This document shows positions 34,210 through 44,090 of a DNA stretch of 57,081 nt, in pieces; position 1 is the stretch's first letter, and every line of letters begins with the position of its first letter. A program made the position numbers and the translations under genes. The notes under the pieces were generated by a model. It ran no database searches, was not told the origin of the DNA, and worked only from the letters and a program-made list of their open reading frames with translations. This DNA is from a virus. Its lineage: Duplodnaviria; Caudoviricetes. The stretch is taken from the IMG/VR virus record IMGVR_UViG_3300027038_000001, positions 1-57,081 of that record; one strand, 5' to 3'.

Positions 34210-35277
34210 TTAAGATTCAAACGTTTCCGAAGTTTCTGCGAGCACGTCTTCCATCTTTGCAAGCGTGGCAGACATACTATAGAGATCGGATCTCGCGGCC
34301 TCTACATTCAGAGAAGACACCGTGAAAGAAAGACCCGTGAGTGATACAATGTCACCATACACCCATGCCCCCGCTACAACGATACTCAAAGGAGGAGTAA
34401 GGGTCGCGGTGCTGGTGATCGTTACGATCGTAACCCCTACTGCACCTGGAGTGATGAAAGGAGGGGTTAACGATGAACCACTACTGATTGGGTTTAGGAA
34501 GACAGTTACCGCAACCGTAGGTGCGGTCAGGGTGACCGTACTCCCGATTGAAGGAACACTCACAGCATACGATAAAGACGGTGCTGTGAGTGTCGCACCA
34601 CTGGCGATGGATGCCAGAGTAATTGTCACCGCACCTGGTGTTACGGTGGGTGCGGTCAGTGTCGCACCGCTTGCAATGGTCGTAACACTGATTACGCCAT
34701 CCAACGCGACAGAAGGAGAAGTTAGAGCAACTGTGGAACTAATGGACGGAACACTGACGACGTAAGAGAGGGTAGGCGAAGTAAGACTCGCCTCACTTCC
34801 AATCGCTGTAATGACGACGCTATACGCCAAAGTTGGAGACGTCAGAATCGTTGTGCTCGTAATCGAAGGGACATCGATTACGTAAGTCAAAGAGGGGGGT
34901 GTCAGTGACACGGTCGAAGCGATATCCGTGGCCGTGATTGACAGACTGTCTGATGCAACTGTCGGAGGTGTCAACACCTCGCCACTTGCAATCGGGGCGA
35001 TATTTACCTCATACGCAAGACTGGGTGCGGTCAACGTGACCGTACTGTCGATCGACGGAACACTCACAACGTACGAGAGAGACGGTGCCGTAAGGGTTGC
35101 ACCCGAAGCGATGTTCGTCCCTATGACGTCAACTGGTCCTGGTGTAACCGTAGGGGCCGTGAGCGTGGCCCCACTAGCGATGGACGCCATCGTGATCGAC
35201 TGGCTGTCGTCGAAAACTGGTTCCGTCCGGAGCGGATTGATCGACCCCTTAGTCGTCCGGCGTTGAATGAAGCTCAT
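34210..35277 (-). CDS. Ser/Thr-rich tandem-repeat virion protein
   Basis: About 11 repeats of xIxSxxxLTxPx(V/L). Confidence 0.7.
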   Translation of the reverse strand: MSFIQRRTTKGSINPLRTEPVFDDSQSITMASIASGATLTAPTVTPGPVDVIGTNIASGATLTAPSLSYVVSVPSIDSTVTLTAPSLAYEVNIAPIASGEVLTPPTVASDSLSITATDIASTVSLTPPSLTYVIDVPSITSTTILTSPTLAYSVVITAIGSEASLTSPTLSYVVSVPSISSTVALTSPSVALDGVISVTTIASGATLTAPTVTPGAVTITLASIASGATLTAPSLSYAVSVPSIGSTVTLTAPTVAVTVFLNPISSGSSLTPPFITPGAVGVTIVTITSTATLTPPLSIVVAGAWVYGDIVSLTGLSFTVSSLNVEAARSDLYSMSATLAKMEDVLAETSETFES

Positions 35278-35984
35278 CGCCCGTGCCCCGGTGAGAAGAT
35301 TGCGGGACGCATCGGCTTCGGCCTCATGTTGTAGTCCGGATAGATTCGGGCAGCCTGATACGGTGTTACCAGCACACGACCCCAGTCATTCGTTGAGGTC
35401 GTCCATGTATAGCCGCAATTCACCGTGCCGCCGCCGGGCTCACTGGAGGCCGCCGTCACGCATTCAGCACTCACAAGATTGGGCGCGGCGGTCTGAGTCT
35501 GGCCGCCATTTGGGGTCAACGAACCTGTGATGTCGGTGATGCCGAAGACGAAGGAACACATGACAAGATCGTCAGCAATCGTGGCCGATCCGGCATTGGC
35601 GCTGACGGCTCCGTCCGAGGTGCCAAGCGTCGTGCCGATCCCCGTCGTGCCGAAGCTGGAGACGCCGGATAAGGGCTGTGCTTCTCCTCGAATATCAGCA
35701 GATGCAGAGAACGACCAGACCACATCGTGTGAGGCCCCATCGAGTCCGACGATGGAGTATTCCTCGATGTTGACACGTTGGCCGGATGCCCCGGAGGCTC
35801 CGCGCAACTCGACCCCGGAGGCACTGCCGTTCCACGTGACGCTGGACAGCGCCTGATCGGCGTTGTTGCGCCACCCGACCATGGTATGCAGGCAGTCCGC
35901 TCCGGCGCTATCGACGGTCAGGGTAAGAGAGGTCCCACCGACGACTTCCGCTCCGACCGCTGTGCCAACCTTGGTGACGGCCAT
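35274..35984 (-). CDS. Putative virion structural protein
   Basis: Gly/Ser/Thr-rich beta-type sequence in the tail accessory cluster. Confidence 0.65.
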   Translation of the reverse strand: MAVTKVGTAVGAEVVGGTSLTLTVDSAGADCLHTMVGWRNNADQALSSVTWNGSASGVELRGASGASGQRVNIEEYSIVGLDGASHDVVWSFSASADIRGEAQPLSGVSSFGTTGIGTTLGTSDGAVSANAGSATIADDLVMCSFVFGITDITGSLTPNGGQTQTAAPNLVSAECVTAASSEPGGGTVNCGYTWTTSTNDWGRVLVTPYQAARIYPDYNMRPKPMRPAIFSPGHGR

Positions 35985-36317
35985 TTAGAACAGCTCGTAG
36001 CTCAGGCCGATGTCGCAGGCAACGGAGACGGCTACCGTGATCTTCACGTCGCAGGGAGTCCCGCTCCATGCGAATTTCAATGTTGGAAGCCCGCCACCTC
36101 CGCGAGCAGTGAAGGAGCAGACATGTGCCCATGTCGTGCCGCCATCCACAGATCGCTCGATCCAGCAGGCCATGAGCAACTCTGGCTTGGAGGTCCAGTC
36201 GGGAGACTGGATCGAGATCTCCAGCTTCCCGGATGCGGTGGTGCCATAGCTCCGGGTCCGGGAGATGAAGTTCTCCGCAGGCACAGTCTGCGGGGCAAGG
36301 ATCACGGTGCGTGCCAT
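35985..36317 (-). CDS. Hypothetical virion protein
   Basis: 110 aa with ERSVDGGTTW (BNR/Asp-box-like); GGAG RBS. Confidence 0.65.
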   Translation of the reverse strand: MARTVILAPQTVPAENFISRTRSYGTTASGKLEISIQSPDWTSKPELLMACWIERSVDGGTTWAHVCSFTARGGGGLPTLKFAWSGTPCDVKITVAVSVACDIGLSYELF

Positions 36318-36329
36318 TACGATTCTCCC

Positions 36330-36591
36330 ATCATCGAATCCGATCTCCGCTCGTAACAGGCACGCGCGTCCTTGGTCTGAGTGCGTGTGTTGCGCGTCAT
36401 GATTATGAGGAGCGCCATTATTTACTTTCTCCCACCGAGCGAGAATCCCAACGTACTACAGGCTTACAGATGGAGCAGACCGACAATCGAACCGGTCGTG
36501 GGACGTTGCGGTTCCGCGTTTTCATGATGACCTTGCGACACCGCCCACAGACAAGCGTGTAATGGGTGCGAATCATCGAATCCGATCTCCG
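36330..36591. repeat. 20-bp direct repeat flanking a short insertion
   Basis: ATCATCGAATCCGATCTCCG at 36330-36349 and 36572-36591. Confidence 0.85.
36418..36576 (-). CDS. Small Zn-ribbon protein
   Basis: MIRTHYTLVCGRC...CSIC; ATGA overlap with the upstream gene. Confidence 0.45.
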   Translation of the reverse strand: MIRTHYTLVCGRCRKVIMKTRNRNVPRPVRLSVCSICKPVVRWDSRSVGESK

Positions 36592-37280
36592 ACTGACATG
36601 CCCGACGCCGCCTTGATCGACTTGTGATTGTTCGAGGTCAGGGCCTTGAGGTTGACCGACAACTCCATCCACGGGTTGAGATTCGTGGTCAGCGCGGAGG
36701 TCAAGGCGAAGTCACTGGCATTGTCACAGCCGATCCGCTGGATGAACGACCCTGCGGCGGTCGGCGCTTGAGCATGCGCGCCGAACTCCAGACACAACCG
36801 CCACGGCTGGAGGAGCGAGGACGCTGTCAATGCAACCGTTGTCGTCCCGTTGCCGAAGATCCTCGTGGCCGCCGAGGCCGTGACCGCGAACTCCGTGCCC
36901 GCATTCGTCATCGAGGAGGCGAGCGTGGCGAGCACGGTGTTGGACCCATCGACCCCCAGCGCCCGGAGGACGTAGGCGAGAAAGGCGTTGTTGGTGGTGG
37001 CATTCTCCGAGCAGCGGACCACCATCGAGAACAGCACCGACGCATCGAGTCGGACGGGGAGGAAGATTTGATCGCTGATGAATTGATACGCGAGGATCTG
37101 CTGCGTCGTCGTGATCGGGATCGTGATCGCCGAGGAGTTCGTCAACGCCGACACTGTTGACGCCTGCTTCTTGTCCGTCATCGGACGGCGCGTGGCCGAC
37201 CCGGTCTGCTCCCACCCCGCATCAAAATTCGGGGAGATGGACGGTGAACCCGTCGATTGGAACCAGAACCGGGTCGCCAT
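36573..37280 (-). CDS. Putative virion structural protein
   Basis: 235 aa, Thr/Ser/Ala-rich, in the tail accessory cluster. Confidence 0.65.
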   Translation of the reverse strand: MATRFWFQSTGSPSISPNFDAGWEQTGSATRRPMTDKKQASTVSALTNSSAITIPITTTQQILAYQFISDQIFLPVRLDASVLFSMVVRCSENATTNNAFLAYVLRALGVDGSNTVLATLASSMTNAGTEFAVTASAATRIFGNGTTTVALTASSLLQPWRLCLEFGAHAQAPTAAGSFIQRIGCDNASDFALTSALTTNLNPWMELSVNLKALTSNNHKSIKAASGMSVGDRIR

Positions 37281-37282
37281 GG

Positions 37283-38128
37283 CTAGTTGAGCGACTCCAA
37301 CATGAAGTTATGGCCGGTCAACGTGTTCGAGGCCGAGGCCGCTGACCAATCCGCTGTGTGCGACAGCGACGTATCCGCTGTGAGATCGCAGGTCACCGCC
37401 GCCGGGGCCGTGACACCCGCCGATCCCATCGGACTCTTGCACCCGTAGTTGGTCACAGTGCCCATCGTCGGGACCGCATCCTCGTAGAGCGTCACCGAGC
37501 CCATCGAGAACAACGTGCCGGTCGCACCGTTGAGACGAGTCTGGATCTCCAGTATCATCTCCCAGATGGCATTGGTGACCGTCGAGGTCACGATGGCTCC
37601 GGACTGCGCGATCACCGTGCCACCGACGCCGCCCCAGCGTTGGGCGAAGGTCAAAGTCGGAGTCGCCGTCGTGGACCAGCGGCCACGCAGCAGCATGCGG
37701 AGCGCACGGCCATCCTGCATGTAGTTGGCCGGGATGACCACGTTGGGAAAGATGATCGCTTCCGTCGTGGTATTGGCAATCGCAGTGCCGTCCGCCGTCG
37801 CCCATGCAATCAGCTCTTGCCAGAACTGACGGCTGTTCTTGACATCAGGCGGAGCCTGATCACGGACCGCATACTTGGCCTGCTCGCGGAGAAACGCCGC
37901 CTCCAGATCCGCGAGCCGCCGGGTCAGGGCATCGAACTCCCGGGCACGGACCGCCTCCTGATCGACGCCCGTGCCTTTACAGGTGCAGCGAGACGTGGAC
38001 CGCACCACGAAACCGGGGTTGGCACCAAGAACATGGCCAAGACCCGAGCAACGGGCGCACTGTGGACCGAGAGTCGAGAACAGATTGTGAGGCAAGCCGG
38101 TCGGTCGGCCGTGAAGCTGTGCATCCAT
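37283..38128 (-). CDS. Virion-like protein with N-terminal CxxCxGxG Zn finger
   Basis: CARCSGLG...CTCKGTG followed by a Thr/Ala-rich beta domain. Confidence 0.6.
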   Translation of the reverse strand: MDAQLHGRPTGLPHNLFSTLGPQCARCSGLGHVLGANPGFVVRSTSRCTCKGTGVDQEAVRAREFDALTRRLADLEAAFLREQAKYAVRDQAPPDVKNSRQFWQELIAWATADGTAIANTTTEAIIFPNVVIPANYMQDGRALRMLLRGRWSTTATPTLTFAQRWGGVGGTVIAQSGAIVTSTVTNAIWEMILEIQTRLNGATGTLFSMGSVTLYEDAVPTMGTVTNYGCKSPMGSAGVTAPAAVTCDLTADTSLSHTADWSAASASNTLTGHNFMLESLN

Positions 38129-38141
38129 TTTATCGTTCCTT

Positions 38142-38552
38142 CTACAGTGCGAACCAATTGCTGCCAACGGTGACGTTGATGTTCCCACCGTTTGGGGTGA
38201 CCGGCATGCCCGTCATGCCCGTATCGTAGAACGCGATCAGCTGTCGCGCCGAGTCCGCACCCGCGCCATTGCCGTCGTGGTTGTAGAGGATGATCTGTTC
38301 GGACTGATCCCCCGAGACGGTAGACCATGTGAAGTCCGCCGTGTCGAACACCCCGTCGACGATCGTCGGAGAAGTCAACCCGCTCGATACCGCGACACGC
38401 CCTCCAGCAGGAACATCGTCGAGAAAGTCGTGCGCGGAGCTATACGTGTAATCGGCCGCATCCGCCAAGATCGCACGAATCGAATCCGTGTCGAGGTCGT
38501 GCGTCTTGTTCAGGAGCGCCTGTTTGAACTTTGGGTACAATGCGTTAGCCAC
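38142..38552 (-). CDS. Conserved phage minor tail/virion protein
   Basis: MANALYPKFK...DLDTD.I...GVFDTAD...LIAFYD...P.TPNGGNI.V pattern. Confidence 0.75.
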   Translation of the reverse strand: MANALYPKFKQALLNKTHDLDTDSIRAILADAADYTYSSAHDFLDDVPAGGRVAVSSGLTSPTIVDGVFDTADFTWSTVSGDQSEQIILYNHDGNGAGADSARQLIAFYDTGMTGMPVTPNGGNINVTVGSNWFAL

Positions 38553-38814
38553 GAGGTCCTCCGATGTTGTTGCTGCCCGCCTGAAGAACAGCAGTCGCGT
38601 GTTGCGCTCTGGTGAAGAAGTGACCCTTGATAGGACGAACGCGATGTTCTGGGTTCACGTGGCACAACTGACAGCAAGGGGAAGCAACAAACCCCTGCGG
38701 TCCCGGCGTACCGACGATGTCAACTCCTTCAGGTACATCCTGCGGTTGCATCACCGCCACGAACGGATGGGTATCCGACAAGATACCGCATCCCACACAT
38801 GCCTTAATTTCCAT
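38545..38814 (-). CDS. Cys/His-rich hypothetical protein
   Basis: CVGCG...H...CCQLCH...GHFF; GGAGG RBS. Confidence 0.6.
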   Translation of the reverse strand: MEIKACVGCGILSDTHPFVAVMQPQDVPEGVDIVGTPGPQGFVASPCCQLCHVNPEHRVRPIKGHFFTRAQHATAVLQAGSNNIGGPRG

Positions 38815-39190
38815 CGCATCCTCCAATTGAGATAGAAGGCAACAGGATGAGTTGAGCAGATGGTTTTCCGTCCTGTCGACTTCCGGCTTCTAATTTCGTT
38901 AACAATGAAACTTCTGTACCCATCCCAAACCCCGACACGAAAAAACGCGTCCAATTATTCAACATATACGACACATAATGAGGATCGTGGACCGGATGTC
39001 CTTCGGTTTGAATATCAATGATCCATGCTTTCGGATCGTACTGAATCCTCATACGTGTAGCAGAGCCGAAGGCTTTCCGTCCAAAACGGGCGCAATTCAA
39101 CCTGACCTCTGCAAAGCTGTGAATGCGACGACCAGGGATAACAGAAAAGGTCCATCGCGACCACACCTGGTGTTCACTATTCAAATTCAT
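38804..39190 (-). CDS. Hypothetical protein
   Basis: 128 aa; ATGA overlap with the tail protein stop. Confidence 0.6.
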   Translation of the reverse strand: MNLNSEHQVWSRWTFSVIPGRRIHSFAEVRLNCARFGRKAFGSATRMRIQYDPKAWIIDIQTEGHPVHDPHYVSYMLNNWTRFFVSGFGMGTEVSLLTKLEAGSRQDGKPSAQLILLPSISIGGCDGN

Positions 39191-42100
39191 CGCCGTTTCA
39201 ACAAATCCATAAACGTTTCATCCATTGCTGGAACCTGACCACTTACTCCCGCATGGGATGCACGCACCGAGTACTTTGGAAACACATCGGGATTGGTGTT
39301 ACCGACGAACGACGAAATACTCACTGACTGAATAATGAAATCACCGACTGCATTTGTCGGTGCATCCAGGTCAACTTCTTGAGTGGCTCCAGTACGAATT
39401 TCAGGGTCACGTACTTCATAATCAATCGAAGGTTCAACGGTACTGCGCAGATCCAGTATCGACTGACAGCGTTCAATAAGTGTGGCATACGCTAACCGGT
39501 CGTCGTCGAATGGGACTTCAACAATTCCATCCGTTCCAAGCGCGTCGGCCAGCTCTGCCTGTGCAGCTTCATTATCCAGTACTACGTAAATCCGAACCTG
39601 TTCCCCAGCCGGGATAAGATGAGATATCGAACCCTCTCCTGACGGTGGAATACCGATCAGTACTGGAAGAGCCACAATCGAAGCATTCGAAGACACATTG
39701 CTGGTAAGGGCTCCAGGACTGGACGAGGGAACGCCTGTGAGCGATCCTCCGCTAAAGCTCGTGTAGCGAATTGGGATAGACTGAACCATTGCCCATCCAC
39801 CGGAGGTTCTAAACGGCGCGGTACCGGCTACAGGGATAGACGTAGATCCTGCGACGACCACCCCCGCTGGCTGAGCAAGTCCAGACGTGTCGGTGCTGGG
39901 TGCCGCCGCTTGTCCCGCAAGGGTCGCGTCACTCATAGTGATCGTACCCGTTAGGGTCGTATTATCTGCGATGGTCTGAGCCAATCGCATGGTTCCACCG
40001 GGGGTGTTCGCGGGAGTCATGTAGATCTCGCGTGACGTCACAGCCGCCGGACCTATGGGAATTTCAGTCAAACCGATCTGACTCGCGGTCGCGGTGTTCG
40101 ATCCCGGAGCGGCCGTGACGAGTGACCCGTCGGCCGTGGCGATGTTATAAGACACCGCGTTATTGTTCGCTACCGTTGCGACGAGGTATAGCGTACCCTC
40201 GGGATCATCGGCGTGAGTCATCCACACCTTACGTGCGGTGACGTTCGAGGGGCCGATTTCCAACGTGACTGGGATCACATTGTAGTTCGTCACCGTCGCT
40301 GTGGTGTTGGTCGACGGAGCTGCCGCACCCAGTCTCGTCCCATCGCGCGGGTTCGCATCGACATAACTAGCCAACGTGTTATTCGAGATGGTAGCCACGA
40401 GCTTCAATTGCGACAGGTTATACGGATCCCACGCGTACACTCGACGTCCCGTAGTGCCCAATCCGCCGCCCTGAAGAACCACAGTCACTGACTGATACGT
40501 GGCGTTGATCGTAGGAGCCGTGCTCCCCAGGGATCCGTCCGCTACGTTATCCAGGAGAGACGTGCTGGAGGACGAAGCCGTCTGCTTCGAGAACTTCAGT
40601 ACAGCCCCATTACTCTCCGTGCGATACAATCGATAAGCCGCGCACCCAAACGAGCTGGGGGACATGAAGTTAAATCGCACGTTGAACGGAGCTGACGAAC
40701 CACCCGAAATGCCTCCACCCACGGGTGTCTCGGTCCCATCCGCATTCACCGCGGTCATCGCCCAGTTATACGTTCCCGTTCCAAGGAGAGCACCTGATCC
40801 GAGGTCCTCATACGACGGCGACGACGGGGACGGAGGTTCTGTTCCTACTACTTGAATATCCGCAGTAGGACCAAGCTGGGTTTCTCCTACCCCATTAATG
40901 AAGGTAATCCCGTAACGAACCGTGACGAGATTGTTCCCTCCTGAAGAGGGAGAAGCCGTCAGTCCCGGAGCAACCGGTGATGGGTCAATCAACCCGGTCG
41001 TAGCCGGACCGGGTGTTACGATATTACTACGTGGACCGGGTGTCGTCTCACCCGCCGCATTAACGAAAGAAACAGCAACACGATGTTGTCCCGATGTAGC
41101 GCCAGAGCCAACGGTTGGAGCACTTGCCACTGGAGTAACGCTCGGAGGAGCTACAACTCCAACGGCAACGGTTACACGTGGTCCTGGAAGACTTTGTCCT
41201 GCTCCCGTTACGAATACCACCGACACTTCGTGATCACCAGACGTGCAACCAGCTCCGTCAGCAGCCACCGCTTCAAGTGCAGACGGCGAAGCGCCAGTGC
41301 CAATAAGCGACCCCGCTCCACCAACGTCAAGTCCTGTGTGTGAAAGAATCTGATCGGTAATTCGAAGTAAACCACCTGCCTCAAGATACCAAAACGTATC
41401 CTCAACCGGAATGATTGTTTCACCGGAAGCCACGTCCGACATCAATTGAGCCGATCCTCCACTTCCACGTACTCGGGTCACTATCGCCCCACCGGTACGT
41501 GTGATCTTAAAAGACTCAAGAGACAAATGCGCTGAATCCAAAATCCTTGGTAATGCTTCCGTGTCGACAAGGCCAAAAAACAATCCCTCGTCTTCAAAGT
41601 CCCTGCGCCATACAGCCCCGATAAGCTTTGCAACGCGTGACAGACAATCACCAAGAGTATCATCGCCGAAAAAGGCAATTCGATCTATAACCGGGAGTCC
41701 CTGCTCCACGTTTAGGGGTGTGTCGGGAGTGTAACGCGCGCCGAGATCTTCTACAATGTCCGTAGCGGACTCTCCCTCATAAAACCCCACGGGGAACTTA
41801 TGGTTCAGGATCCAGACGTCGTCGACGGCATTGACTCTGGTGAAGTGATTCGTAGGACTTTCTTCATACCCATCTTCTGTAGTCAGGATCGTCCCTGAAA
41901 ACAGTAAACGAGGAGCGCCTTGGTGGAAGATCTGCACACGGTTGAAAACCAAAGGCACCCATCCATTTCCGTTTGGAGGGGTCTGAAAGGAACATGTGCC
42001 GGGAGTTTCACCTACCTGATCTGCAATATCAAGCGAGTCATGGAGGTAGTCATTGCTTCTATGTTGTTCGTCCACGATCATGTGGACTCTTGACGTGTAG

Positions 42101-42840
42101 TAGCGAAACGATGCGTGGATAGCGGCCACGACGGCTGTGATCTCAACCGGATACAGCGCCACCTCATCCAGCACACCATTGAGGTAATTACTTCCGTAGC
42201 GGGCTGCGCGGAAGTCGTCAACGGGAGCCAGTGTGGCAGAACTCGCAGTTCCGGTGGCTACGAGGACTCCATCGATATAGAGCTTTACTCCACCCGTGCC
42301 CGTCGTTCCGTCCCACGTAGTAAGAAAATGATGTGTGACCGTATCCTTCGCAAAGTCATAACTGATGACCGCCGTTGAATGTCCCACGAAAACCTTAACC
42401 CTATTCGTGGATGGGTCCGGTCGATCTAGCGCGAGCTGAATACCGAGATGGCCGTTCCCGGCCATCCCCATATCTGCCCCCGTCGTGGCGGTCTGGACAC
42501 GTGTCCACACCTCAAGCGATAAAGGACCCGCTGTGGGTTTGAGGGAACTGTGCGAATTCGAGATGAAATCGTCTACCCCGTCGAACGCGATAGCTTTATT
42601 AGGGTCTGCCTCGAACGCTGATACCTGGTCAAAAATCGGTGTGCTTGTAACCGTACCCGTTCGCGCATTACCGCTAGAATCAACGACGGTCGTCCCGACT
42701 GGATCTCCAAATCGCCAAAATACCAACGGATGACTGTTCCGTACAAGCGCGGCATACGCGGTGTAACGATTCTGAGTCGTCGTGTCCGTAAGAAACGCGG
42801 CAGGGAGAAATGCCCCACGCCAAAAAGCAGATTTACCCAT
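39187..42840 (-). CDS. Large tail tip/hub protein with N-terminal LamG/concanavalin-like domain and inserted FN3-like repeats
   Basis: WRFGD..G..V.DSSGN, AIAFDGVDD, LYIDG, LNGVLDEVALY (LamG); LFSG.I...D hub-like segment; lies downstream of the tape measure gene. Confidence 0.8.
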   Translation of the reverse strand: MGKSAFWRGAFLPAAFLTDTTTQNRYTAYAALVRNSHPLVFWRFGDPVGTTVVDSSGNARTGTVTSTPIFDQVSAFEADPNKAIAFDGVDDFISNSHSSLKPTAGPLSLEVWTRVQTATTGADMGMAGNGHLGIQLALDRPDPSTNRVKVFVGHSTAVISYDFAKDTVTHHFLTTWDGTTGTGGVKLYIDGVLVATGTASSATLAPVDDFRAARYGSNYLNGVLDEVALYPVEITAVVAAIHASFRYYTSRVHMIVDEQHRSNDYLHDSLDIADQVGETPGTCSFQTPPNGNGWVPLVFNRVQIFHQGAPRLLFSGTILTTEDGYEESPTNHFTRVNAVDDVWILNHKFPVGFYEGESATDIVEDLGARYTPDTPLNVEQGLPVIDRIAFFGDDTLGDCLSRVAKLIGAVWRRDFEDEGLFFGLVDTEALPRILDSAHLSLESFKITRTGGAIVTRVRGSGGSAQLMSDVASGETIIPVEDTFWYLEAGGLLRITDQILSHTGLDVGGAGSLIGTGASPSALEAVAADGAGCTSGDHEVSVVFVTGAGQSLPGPRVTVAVGVVAPPSVTPVASAPTVGSGATSGQHRVAVSFVNAAGETTPGPRSNIVTPGPATTGLIDPSPVAPGLTASPSSGGNNLVTVRYGITFINGVGETQLGPTADIQVVGTEPPSPSSPSYEDLGSGALLGTGTYNWAMTAVNADGTETPVGGGISGGSSAPFNVRFNFMSPSSFGCAAYRLYRTESNGAVLKFSKQTASSSSTSLLDNVADGSLGSTAPTINATYQSVTVVLQGGGLGTTGRRVYAWDPYNLSQLKLVATISNNTLASYVDANPRDGTRLGAAAPSTNTTATVTNYNVIPVTLEIGPSNVTARKVWMTHADDPEGTLYLVATVANNNAVSYNIATADGSLVTAAPGSNTATASQIGLTEIPIGPAAVTSREIYMTPANTPGGTMRLAQTIADNTTLTGTITMSDATLAGQAAAPSTDTSGLAQPAGVVVAGSTSIPVAGTAPFRTSGGWAMVQSIPIRYTSFSGGSLTGVPSSSPGALTSNVSSNASIVALPVLIGIPPSGEGSISHLIPAGEQVRIYVVLDNEAAQAELADALGTDGIVEVPFDDDRLAYATLIERCQSILDLRSTVEPSIDYEVRDPEIRTGATQEVDLDAPTNAVGDFIIQSVSISSFVGNTNPDVFPKYSVRASHAGVSGQVPAMDETFMDLLKRR

Positions 42841-43231
42841 CGATCACAACTCCGGCATCGAGCAGTGGAAGGAGGTTCACCGGAGCGATACGTACGTCCC
42901 CGAGTACGGACAAGGCTACCGCATCGACATGTAAATACGACTCCACCGAACAGAGTTCGTCAAAAGCACTCTGATAACCTCGGTGGTCTCGCACAGAAAT
43001 CACCTCACCGGTCACACCTGCGGCAACTTCTTCCTGCGTCAGCGAACGGGCCACCCCAAACTTAACGATCAAGGCATTTCGCTTCTCGTAGAAGATCGTC
43101 ATCTCGGGGATTACGACCCGAATCAATCTCGCAACACGAATGGAAGCAGCCACTGGAAGATCCATTTTGTTCAGGTCTGCGAGTGCTATATCGGCCGCTG
43201 CCAATTTTCCAAGGGTCGTTGTGATCATCAA
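42833..43231 (-). CDS. Phage hypothetical protein
   Basis: Helical 132 aa (L..MDLP...S.RVAR...KRNALI.KFG). Confidence 0.65.
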   Translation of the reverse strand: MMITTTLGKLAAADIALADLNKMDLPVAASIRVARLIRVVIPEMTIFYEKRNALIVKFGVARSLTQEEVAAGVTGEVISVRDHRGYQSAFDELCSVESYLHVDAVALSVLGDVRIAPVNLLPLLDAGVVIDG

Positions 43232-44077
43232 TCACCAGCAGGGGATGTACCGTGTCGTGCCATTGTCGTTGATGGGGATCCATTTTGTCGGATCTCCCGC
43301 CGCAGGGGCATTCGTAATCGTCCCAGCCCCTGCTCCCGCGCCATTCGTTAGCGCTACGGCACTCGTGAGGAAGGTGCCCGTGTTCACGACGAGGGAGAGT
43401 GCGTTGAGCACGCCGAAAGCCGAGTCGTCTGCAAGACGCACCTGAAGCTCCGCGCTCGATCGCTTGAGTGCAGGGAAACTGGACGTCGTGCCACCGAACA
43501 GCACAAGAGCACCGCCACTCGACGTGGACTTGAGGAGTAGAGACGCAATGGCTGTTCCACTACCCCCGTCGTCACCGATGATTAATCGGTTGGACGAATC
43601 CGTGGCCAACAGGTGGAGATTACCACTGTTCGCCGCATTACGTGCGGTGCAGATGGTCGCGGCGTTCGACACGCGAAGAGCACCGGCAGACCCCGCATTC
43701 GACCCAACGATATAACCAAGCGCTCGAGCCACCGTAAAGGCGGAGTTGTCCGCAAGCACGATCTGAAACTCCGTGCCGTTGAACGTAATCCCAGGAAATG
43801 AAGATGTCGTTCCTCCGAGTTTCACGAAGGTGAGTTGAGGAGACGTGGTCCACGCTGGAGCCGATCCCACAGCGACCGAAGCTAGTACTTGCCCCAGGGC
43901 GACGGAATTGACCGCCTGCACTTCTCCACTCGTGCCCTGGTAAAGCAACGCTCCGAGATTCGCCCCAGTGAAGTAGTGCTTGTCGTCCCAGTTACTGGGT
44001 TGCACGAGCGACGGCTGTGTCACATCATCCGAGAGTCCTGAGACTCGATTATGAGTCAGTCCTGCTGGACCTGGCAT
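43232..44077 (-). CDS. Tail-associated structural protein with internal duplication
   Basis: VQPSNWDD.H N-terminus; GGTTSSFP...LADxSAF occurs twice. Confidence 0.7.
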   Translation of the reverse strand: MPGPAGLTHNRVSGLSDDVTQPSLVQPSNWDDKHYFTGANLGALLYQGTSGEVQAVNSVALGQVLASVAVGSAPAWTTSPQLTFVKLGGTTSSFPGITFNGTEFQIVLADNSAFTVARALGYIVGSNAGSAGALRVSNAATICTARNAANSGNLHLLATDSSNRLIIGDDGGSGTAIASLLLKSTSSGGALVLFGGTTSSFPALKRSSAELQVRLADDSAFGVLNALSLVVNTGTFLTSAVALTNGAGAGAGTITNAPAAGDPTKWIPINDNGTTRYIPCW

Positions 44078-44090
44078 TGATCAATCCCTT

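Noticed and set aside
33831-44077. Diversity-generating retroelement or invertible tail cassette
   Set aside because: No reverse transcriptase or recombinase, and no template/variable repeat pair seen.
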